NCBI RefSeq assembly: GCF_001194135.2
Contig: NC_068988.1
Span: forward strand, 93,492,614-93,556,613
Length of the DNA: 64,000 nucleotides
Direction: 5' to 3'
Source of the DNA: Octopus bimaculoides
Taxonomy: Eukaryota
The notes under the pieces are model-generated. The model worked only from the letters and a program-made list of their open reading frames with translations, had not been told where the DNA came from and searched no databases. The position numbers and the translations under genes were made by a program. Position 1 is the first letter of the stretch; every line of letters begins with the position of its first letter. Positions 54,582 through 64,000 of this stretch are shown in pieces.

Positions 54582-55472
54582 NNNNNNNNNNNNNNNNNNN
54601 NNNNNNNNNNNNNNNNNNNNNNNNNNNNNNNNNNNNNNNNNNNNNNNNNNNNNNNNNNNNNNNNNNNNNNNNNNNNNNNNNNNNNNNNNNNNNNNNNNNN
54701 NNNNNNNNNNNNNNNNNNNNNNNNNNNNNNNNNNNNNNNNNNNNNNNNNNNNNNNNNNNNNNNNNNNNNNNNNNNNNNNNNNNNNNNNNNNNNNNNNNNN
54801 NNNNNNNNNNNNNNNNNNNNNNNNNNNNNNNNNNNNNNNNNNNNNNNNNNNNNNNNNNNNNNNNNNNNNNNNNNNNNNNNNNNNNNNNNNNNNNNNNNNN
54901 NNNNNNNNNNNNNNNNNNNNNNNNNNNNNNNNNNNNNNNNNNNNNNNNNNNNNNNNNNNNNNNNNNNNNNNNNNNNNNNNNNNNNNNNNNNNNNNNNNNN
55001 NNNNNCGTCTACCAAATCCACTCAAAAAGATCTGGTCGGCCCGAGGCTACAGTAGAAGAGACCTGCCCAAGGTGCCACGCAGTGGGATTGAACCCGGAAC
55101 CATGTGGCTGGTAAGCAAGCTATTCACCACACAATCACTCCGAAGACAGGTGGTGTAAACAACAAATGGTTGTATTAGTTTAACGCTCAGGAAGGTGAGA
55201 AAGCCTTTTTATATTTCGGGCCTACGCTCTTCAACAGAAAAGAACATGAGGAAATAAACATTTGCATCTATTAACACTGCAGGTCTTGGCTTGAGGGAGA
55301 TTTTGTTGCTATTTCTATCGGGTTGGGTGACTATGCAGAAGTTTCTTGCTTGGCTGCAGTTATGGAATTAGAAATACAAAATATTAAATAACAATTGAAA
55401 CTATTTCCATGTCATTCCGACCCAGATTATGTTTGGGCATCTCATTGTCTCATTTGTAACTCTTTCTCTCTT

Positions 55473-55548
<76 letters not shown>

Positions 55549-55670
55549 TCTATCTCCCTTTGTGTGTATGTGCGCGCGTGTGTAGGAAATGAATCATCTC
55601 ATCGCCTCTTGTCTAGTTTTGTTCTTATCTCTTCTCATTGTTTTCTTTTTGTTTCATCTCACCATGTTAC

Positions 55671-55706
<36 letters not shown>

Positions 55707-55945
55707 GCGATGATGATGATGATGATAAGGATGACGATGATGTAATCTAATATATATGTAGCGATATATATGCGAAGATGGATTTTGAAATGCAAACATT
55801 AATAAAGTTAAAACAAATATATTTTTTTTCTTTAATAAAACACACATACACACAGACACGCGCGCGCGCACACACACACACAAACTCACACGCGTACACA
55901 CATACAAACACACACGCGCACACACACACACACGCGCACACACAC

Positions 55946-55984
<39 letters not shown>

Positions 55985-55986
<2 letters not shown>

Positions 55987-56866
55987 GGGTGGTTGAAAAG
56001 TAAGCAGGCATTAAAAATTGGTAATAAAATCCATATTCCTTTTACAAATTTATTGAAACAAATGATACATGTTCTTTATTACATAGGGAAATGTAAGTGT
56101 ATCTTCATATTTCAACGTAAGCACTGGTGGCGTCAACCAGTTTCCTCAAACAGCCAGGGGTTAAATGAACAATCTTCTGAACGACGTTGTCTGGGATATC
56201 ATTGAGAACCTCCTCAATCCGTGTCTCCAAGTTCCCCCAGTGTGCGAGGTTTTGTCTTGTACACCTCTTTTGTGTAACCCCAGAGGTAAAAATCACATGG
56301 AGTGAGATCTGGGCTTCTTTGAGGCCATTCCGTATTCCATTCTGCGGTCCCAGTCTTCAGGTTTTAGCTCCTGCACGTAATGGGGTTTCCACGGACGAAA
56401 ATTCAATTTTGATGCAACACCGTACGCATTGTGTCTTGTTAGTCCACTTTCACGAGCTACTTGACATGTTGATTTTTGTGGGCTGCGATTAAACATTTCC
56501 TGTTGCCACGTTCTCCGCTGATCGGGATGTAGCTGGACGGCCACTTCTTGTATAGTTCATAGAGTCCGTGGTCATCAGCTTTGCATGATAACTTTTTATT
56601 GTCTCCGGACGTAGTGTTCCATGCACGCCAACATCTCTGAGCTAAAACAATGGTATTCCACACTTCACAGCGTGCTGCTATCTTAACTCGTTCCTGAACA
56701 GTTAAGCGACCGGTCACCTGGAAAATAAGAAATAAGAAATAAGACAGTAAGAAAATAAGAGATCCCCATTAGTGTTGTCTGTTTAAAAAATGTTTTGCTT
56801 TGACTTCAGGGATATTATAAATTCTATAAACAGTTTTTAATGCCTAGTTACTTTCCACCCACCATG
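55985..56866 (-). mobile_element. Internally deleted Tc1/mariner (rosa/DD41D-like) transposon with transposase pseudogene
   Basis: TIRs CAGGGTGGTTGAAAAGTAAGCAGGCATT / AATGCCTAGTTACTTTCCACCCACCATG with TA flanks. Minus-strand frames give RLTVQERVKIAARCEVWNTIVLAQRCW (N-terminal HTH), RSPQKSTCQVARESGL...KPHYVQELKPEDWDRR, and EWPQRSPDLTPCDFYLWGYTKE..VYKTKP (third catalytic D motif). The region with the first two Ds is missing; frameshifts present. Confidence 0.85.
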
Positions 56867-56868
56867 TA

Positions 56869-56935
<67 letters not shown>

Positions 56936-57083
56936 GACGTGCTTCATTTAGTTTCCGTCTACCTGTTCCACTTTGGTCTGCCCTAGGCTATAGTAGAAGA
57001 AACTTGCCCAAGGTACCACGCAGTGGGACTGAACGTAGAACCATGTGGCTGGAAACCAAGCTTCTTGCCAAACAAAAGAAAAC

Positions 57084-57310
57084 AACTATGGCAAAGTGAG
57101 GCTAAGTCTGCAGATACTACAATCTGAACATAACTTTAGATGTATACCTGCTATTATTGGGGGCATTTGGTTATGTAACTGCATCAGCACCAGCGTTTGA
57201 GATGCTGGGTTTCACAAACCCAGAAAGGACACGGCTAATTAAGACATTACAATCAGGGGCCATTAATAGCGCTTTGAAAACATGTAATGCATTCCAGAAG
57301 CTTAACCTGC
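57084..57310 (+). mobile_element. R4/Dong/NeSL-type (restriction-like endonuclease) LINE 3' fragment
   Basis: NYGKVRLSLQILQSEHNFRCIPAIIG, a frameshift in a G run, then GAFGYVT...LGFTNPERTRLIKTLQ...ALKTCNAF. Resembles the KY..L...IPIIVGALG C-terminus of RLE retrotransposons. Confidence 0.55.
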
Positions 57311-57422
57311 AGCGTGTACATTTGAAACGATGCAAACACATGTAACTCATAGCTTAAAGGATACAGAACCACATGCAATGATGTACAGCCATGCACACAT
57401 AAAAGTATGTTGATGTACTTGT

Positions 57423-57475
<53 letters not shown>

Positions 57476-58302
57476 NNNNNNNNNNNNNNNNNNNNNNNNN
57501 NNNNNNNNNNNNNNNNNNNNNNNNNNNNNNNNNNNNNNNNNNNNNNNNNNNNNNNNNNNNNNNNNNNNNNNNNNNNNNNNNNNNNNNNNNNNNNNNNNNN
57601 NNNNNNNNNNNNNNNNNNNNNNNNNNNNNNNNNNNNNNNNNNNNNNNNNNNNNNNNNNNNNNNNNNNNNNNNNNNNNNNNNNNNNNNNNNNNNNNNNNNN
57701 NNNNNNNNNNNNNNNNNNNNNNNNNNNNNNNNNNNNNNNNNNNNNNNNNNNNNNNTATATATATATATATATGTATGTATGTATATGTATATATACACAT
57801 ATGGATATGTATGTATAGCATATATATATGCATGTATTGTCATATGCATATTGATTTACAATATACATCCAAGACCTTCACATTTTATGTTTAAGATTGT
57901 TTTACGTTTTGCCTTTCATCTCTTTTCTCCCCCCTCTCTCTCTCTCCCTCTCTCCCGTCATCTCCCCGTCTCCCTCTCACATACACAAAGACATAGACAT
58001 ACTCACGTACTCACGCACACACACACACACACACACACATGCGCACACATACGTTAAGTGTTCTATCTGTCTATTTCTTTTATCTCTTTGTCCCTCTCCC
58101 TCTCCATCTCTCTCTGTATATGTGTGTGTATGTCTGTATGTGTATGAGTGCGCGCGCGCGCGTGTATGTGTATGTAAACATGGATGAGCGTGTGCGTGTG
58201 TACTTATGTTTGTGTATGTATGTTTATATAAATGTGTAGGTGTGCTTCTCTGTCCGGCCCCCAACCCACCCCGCCTAATTTCTGTCAATGTTACGCTAAC
58301 CT

Positions 58303-58354
<52 letters not shown>

Positions 58355-58750
58355 TCTTCGCAGTTGTGCTTCTCTCTCACCACTGCTCATCCACCATAAC
58401 AGAGACACTAGCGACATCTGGTAGCCATTGCTAGACCATCCGTGTGCTGGTACGAAGTCGTTCTTTATTTACTGATGTGAATAAAATAGAATAGTTCATA
58501 TTAGCTATTAGAACTCTTCTACAAATACGGCCCCCTCCATTCTCCCTCCTCCTCCTACTCCTCCTCCGACCGAGCGACCGACCCAACTTTTAAAAATATC
58601 ATTGGTTTGTCCTCGCCAACAAGAACCACATTGCGTTTTAGCTCCTTGGGGGGTCGACTTTAGTCATTTCGCGTGACCGCTACGGATCCCTACTGTTGAC
58701 TACTCAGCGGGTGTGCTTATTTTATAAGGAAGATTTTGTTTAAATATCAG

Positions 58751-58782
<32 letters not shown>

Positions 58783-58912
58783 AGATAAATCAGACATCAG
58801 ATTAGTGAGATGTGCCAACGATTTTATAAGTGCGTGGATTAGTGGTAAGGGTTTTCGGCTCCCGATCGTCGGATCATGAGTTCGATTCCCTNNNNNNNNN
58901 NNNNNNNNNNNN

Positions 58913-58943
<31 letters not shown>

Positions 58944-60399
58944 GTATAAATTGGCCCACCGTCGATTACGATGACGAGTGTTCTAGTTGATCCAATCAAA
59001 GAAAACCCTGCCCTGGAAGTTACCCGGATGCATACCCTTAACATAGTTCTCAGGGAGACTCAGCAAGGTACAGAATATGAGAACGCCGGAATTTGAACTC
59101 AGAACGTAAAGACAGACGAAATACCGCTAAGCATTCCGCCCTGCGCGCTAACGTTTCTTATTTCTTTATTGCCCACAAGGGGCTAAACATAGAGGGGACA
59201 AACAAGGACAGAAAAAGGGATAAAGTTGATTATATCGACCCCAGTGCGTAACTGGTTCTTAATTTATCGACCCCGAAAGGATGAAAGTGAAAGTGACCTC
59301 GGCGGAATTTGAACTCAGAACGTAACGGCAGACGAAATACCACTAAGCATTTCGCCCGGCATGGTAACGTTTCTGCCAGCTCACCGCTTTAAGTTGCCAA
59401 AATATTGCAAAACTTTTGATTCGATCTAGTGCCATACAAAACAGAAATTTACGGACCCCACCCCTACAACATCCCACCTTTACCTTATATATTCTTCATG
59501 TATTGACCCCTATAAGCAAGGTGGCGAATTAATAGAAACGCGAAAGAAACAGACTGTCTGTTTTGTGGTATTTCTAACGGCTTTCTGCACTCGAGATTGA
59601 AATTTTAGCGTGGTCCACTTCCACTTCATGCTTTCTGGGAGGTTAAATAAAGATACAAACCAGTTAAGTACCCAGGAAGATTCTAGGTTTTCTTCTCCCT
59701 CTTTTCCTCCCACCCTGGCTTTCTCTCACTCCCCTGCCACAAAAGCAAACACACCGTCACAACACGAAAGTTTCGGTGTAGTGGATAATTAGAGAGGATG
59801 AAAACGAGGAACATTTCAAAGACCAGAAGGGAATCATTCGGCCATGACACATAGCAGTCATTCTTGAAAGGAAATATTTCATTTGCTTACATCTTGTTCA
59901 AGTTCCTTTCTTTATTTCTTGTATAAAGTATTTTATTTGTAATATATTTATTGTTTTCACGTACATATGTATACACACACGCAAACACACACGTACACAC
60001 ACACACACATTCACACAAACACACACATTCAAATACACCCGCGCACACATACATAAACGCACATTCAAACGCGCGCATGCGTTCATACATTCACGCATAT
60101 TTAATTATATGAAGTCTTCCTGCAAGGAAAGAGCTGGTTTCTAACTACGATACACAGCTCTATCGTTGGAATGTTGATAACAAAAACAATGTCCCATTTC
60201 GAAGTAGAGAAGAGTCTTGCATATTATTATTGTTCCGCGTACAGATTATATTTGTAATGTGCGTGTTGGCTGGTGGGTTTCTTTCTGATATATGCATGCA
60301 TGTACGTATGTGTGGATGGTGGATAATAGGATTCTAAAGTAGCTGTTCAACTGTGAGCTGTGCACTGCAAAAGCGAACTCAATACTAACCACAAAATAG

Positions 60400-60560
60400 A
60401 CACAAAGGCAGCATAAAAGACAACCTGAAGAAACTGCAAGTCAATGCAAAGAATTGAGAAGAATTAGCTTTGGAAAGCTCTGAATGGCAGAAGCGTATAA
60501 AGGAAGGTTGTAAAACCTTTGAAGAGGGTCGCTTTGAGCATGGAAGCCAAAGCTGCAATA
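60400..60560 (+). mobile_element. RTE-like LINE 3' fragment
   Basis: KDNLKKLQVN...EELALESSEWQKRIKEGCKTFEEGR matches the RTE C-terminal KDxLK...WExLAxDRxxWRxxIxxGxxxFE pattern. Confidence 0.55.
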
Positions 60561-60689
60561 ACCGCTGGATAGATTCGGACGAAGCCTTCAGGCATGTTTG
60601 GTCTCATGACTGGCACGAGCTGATTAAGTTTTGGGATCAATCCGGTACTGCACAAGGATTCTTAATTATTATTTTTTTTTAAATTTAAT

Positions 60690-60860
60690 TTTTTTTACTT
60701 AATTTTTGAGAGCGGTCGGGTTCATGTTTAGTATTCTTGTTTGTGAGAGCAGTCGAGTTTATTTCATATATTCTCATTTTAAAAGTCATCTCTGGCTAAT
60801 CGTTGAGAGGACGTTGGTGTTGCCTTGGCAGAGGTTTGCGCTCTCTGAGTGCTCTTGTTA
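60690..60860 (+). mobile_element. Possible Helentron/HINE-like non-autonomous element 3' end
   Basis: Ends CCTTGGCAGAGGTTTGCGCTCTCTGAGTGCTCTTGTT, resembling the ccttggcggagg..gcgctctc.gagtgc..ctagt terminus I associate with Helentron-type elements (from memory). Confidence 0.4.
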
Positions 60861-61900
60861 ATATTATTTCTATTTTCTTCTTTAGATTTTACTTGTTTCA
60901 GTCACCGGACTGCGGCCATATTGGGGCATCCTCTCGATAGGTTTTGTAAAACAAATCAGTCCCAGTACTCTCTTTAAGAAGATGCACTCACAAGTCTTTG
61001 GTCGGCCCGTGGCTATAGCAGAAGACACCTAAGGTGCCACGCAATAGGACTGAACCCGGAACCATGTGGTTGTGAAGCAAACGTCTTACCACACAGCCTG
61101 CACCTGTTTATTGCAGTTTTCTGTTTTGTGAGTGCATTTGGTAGACGGAAACTGAAAAGAAGCCCACGATAGATAGATAGATAGATAGATGTGTGCATGC
61201 GTATGTGTGTGTGTGTATGTTTGTCTCCCTACAAGACTTGATAACCGATATTGGTGTGCTTACGTACCCGTGACTTCGCCTTTCGGCAAAAGACCGAGAG
61301 GTTGGGTAGTAGGCTTAAAAAAGTACAGGGGTCAATTCATTCGACTAAGAATTCTTCAAGGTGGTGCCCCAGTATGGCCCCGCAACCTAATAGCTGAAAC
61401 AAGTAAACGAATAATGATGATGATGAAGAGAAGGAAGAAGACATGATAATGACGATGCTGATAAAGAGGATAAGAATGAATGGAGGAGGAAGAGGGGGTG
61501 TGCCGACGACGACGACGATGAAGAGGAGGTGGAAGATGAGGATGAATGTTAGTGGTGGTGGTGGTGGTGGTGGTGGTGGTGGTGGTGGACCATTTATGGA
61601 ACCTTCCATTTCTTTTAATGCCCTCCATCCTACCATCTGAGACTTTAGCATGCTGTGCTAGACTCATGTCATCATCCTGAAGACATATTTAAATTAAGCA
61701 ATGAATCAACAATTTACTTGCCAGGAATGTCTTCTATTATTTTAGTTTGTGTATTTGATTTCGCCCGGTTCCTTTAATGAGCGAGACAAACCACAGTGCC
61801 GGGCCGCACGGAATACCTTTCGCTCAAAAGAGCTGACATCTGCGTATTTATATGTACGTACGTACGTACGAATGTATGTATGTATGTATGTATGTATGTA

Positions 61901-62005
61901 GGTCATTATTTAGTTTATTTCAAGATTTCTTGCCAATAGAGAAAGAACCGGTTTCTAACCTAGATCCAAGGATCCTTCATCGGAATTTCAAAATCAACAA
62001 CAGGG
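61901..62005 (+). repeat. ~105-bp interspersed element embedded in (TATG)n, copy 2
   Basis: agtttatttcaagatttcttgccaatagagaaagaac.ggtttctaacctagatcc.agg.tccttcatcggaatttcaaaatcaacaacagggtat shared with 16775-16878. Confidence 0.8.
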
Positions 62006-62373
62006 TATGTATGTATGTATGTATGTATGTATGTATGTATGTATGTATGTACGCATACATGCATGCATGTATGTATATATGCATGTATGTATGTATTTAT
62101 GTATGTATGTATGTATGTATGTATGTAGGTAGGTAGGTAGGTAGATAGATGTGTATGTTTGTATTTATGTATGTATGAATGTATATAAGTATACGTACGC
62201 TTCTATTCAAGAATCTATGCATATGTATATATATGTATATATATATATATATATAAAGAGGTTTGTGTATGTACATATATATATATGTATATATGTATAT
62301 ATGTATGTGTTTATGCATGCATATCTGTACGTATGCATGTATGCATGTGCATGTGTGTTTGTGTGCGCATGTA

Positions 62374-62436
<63 letters not shown>

Positions 62437-63656
62437 GGATGTGGATAGGTAGATGGGAGGGTGGGTTGGTTGGTATAAGTACAATATAGCTGAATGATTA
62501 AGGAGTTCGCTTCAGAAACACGATGTACCGAGTTCGTTCCTGTTGTGTATCGCGATTTTCGGGTTATTACACAGATATTGTTTTGAGCTGAGTGGGGGTA
62601 CTAGATTCCCTTGTCCGAAAATATAAGGACATAGATCATGTCGTATAACCAGCTGGAGACGATGTCTGCTGAGGCTAAATTACAGCAACATTCGTCCTAA
62701 ACCAGGACTGCCATGTTATGTTGGCAAACAATCTTTACTCCAAAGTACTGTTGCTGAATATCTCTCGTTGTGAGATTTAAAAATAGTAATTTTACAATAA
62801 TTTTATGTAGAATTCTACAAAAAGAAATAAACAAAATAAGAAATAGAATAGCTGTAAACTTTTGCACAAAAAATAAACCTCAACGCATGTAAAACAAGAT
62901 ATGGGATCTTTAATCTATCAGAAGTTAATTGCTTTTTAAAGTCCGGCGTTCATGATTTTTATTAATTATAAAAATAATTAATGCAGCGTGTGGGCAGAAT
63001 GCATATCGACATTTTGTCTTTCTTTACGCTCTCTCTAAGTACAAATGCCGCCGAGGTCGACTTCGCCGCTCACCCTTTCGGGGTCGGAGAAATAAGTACC
63101 AGTTGAACACGGAGGTCTCTGTAATCGAATAGCCCCGCCTCTCCTAAAAAATTTCAGGTCTTGTTCTTTTTGTTAAAAGGATTGATTATAACAATGGTCC
63201 CGATAATCTTTGTGAGAAATATACTATTATCACATTTCCATTGTAACCTATAAACTAATGGCTGAACTAAGGCAACAACAACAACAGCAACAACGACAAC
63301 AGCAGCAGCAGTTACAAAAGCAACAACTCACGGGAATATGTTTTCTCTCGGTAAGCCCCAGCACGGTAATCAATGTGTGAAAATATTTCGACTCCTTCAA
63401 GGCAATGTTTACAGGTTTATTTATAAATATAGAGAGTTTTTATTGTCAACATTACACCACTGGGGTTCATGTCAGTTTTCTGTAAAAATACTGAAGGAAT
63501 ATACTGCTGTTAGACTCACATTTCATTGAACAGTTTTATGTAATTGACAAAGTTCGTGCGTATGTATACATGTGTTTGTACATACATACGAACATACATA
63601 CATATAAACACATATATTCGCATATATATATAGATATACACAAGTATATGTATATA

Positions 63657-63724
<68 letters not shown>

Positions 63725-63964
63725 TATATAACAATACATGTATGTGTGTGCATATGGGGATGTTTATGGTTGTATCTCTCTATATATGCTTGTATATAGA
63801 CGTGTCAGGTATATAAATGCCCCCTTGTACACACACATGCCAACGTGTATATAGGCGTATACAAGTGACTGTATGTTAAAATACATCAGATCACCAAATA
63901 GATAAATCTTCAACCGCGCACACATACTCACTTAACAAATGTATGTGCGTGTGAATGTATGTAC

Positions 63965-64000
<36 letters not shown>

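Larger units (their letters stand above)
13550..58912. other. Twelve assembly gaps (N runs) between these bounds
   Basis: About 13550-13880, 26951-27024, 31903-32101, 34033-34362, 34653-34991, 39856-40222, 43580-43795, 47752-48503, 51785-51794, 54582-55005, 57477-57754, 58892-58912; mostly flanked by microsatellites. Confidence 0.95.

Noticed and set aside
51104-58891. tRNA genes (tRNA-like segments at 51104 and 58830, and SINE heads elsewhere)
   Set aside because: No complete cloverleaf with a proper acceptor stem; they continue into SINE bodies or gaps.
61337-61667. Poly-Pro/Gly/Thr ORFs
   Set aside because: Trinucleotide (GGT/GAT/GAC)n repeats next to a SINE tail.
13442-63753. Most long ORFs in the track (poly-X, HTHT, CVCV, YIYI, SLSL, MYVC)
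   Set aside because: They are translations of N gaps and dinucleotide/tetranucleotide microsatellites with no domain content or splice support.

Overview
AT-rich (N-gapped) animal genomic DNA, very probably an octopus/coleoid cephalopod scaffold (inferred from the tRNA-derived SINE families and the extreme CA/TA/GA/TATG microsatellite load; 12 N-gaps, almost all at microsatellites). The only supportable protein-coding gene is the 3' part of a vestigial/VGLL1-3-type transcription cofactor on the + strand. It has a 429-nt internal exon (24807-25235, R-x-FP-x-SFW motif) and a terminal exon (28494-28546, ...KKEFYW*). The TONDU (TEAD-binding) exon is not in the window. Nearly all other ORF-track entries are microsatellite or N-gap artefacts or decayed transposons: three SINE families, RTE, CR1 and R4/Dong-like LINE fragments, hAT and Tc1/mariner MITEs, and an internally deleted rosa/DD41D-like Tc1/mariner element. 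The most striking observation is a locus-specific array of five diverged ~100-130-nt elements at 18.3-23.7 kb, sense to and just upstream of the vestigial exon. Each shows box H/ACA snoRNA architecture: hairpin, ANANNA, pocketed hairpin, ACA. The H-box A residues are invariant while the N positions vary, stems show compensatory changes, and exactly 14 nt separate the pocket from the ACA box in all five. The 3' pocket could pair with the conserved 5.8S rRNA motif GAAUUGCAG. Also noted: a candidate 12-nt microexon, inverted SINEs around the symmetric exon, and a dense GTCACGTG/CCAAT cluster at 45.6-45.9 kb.
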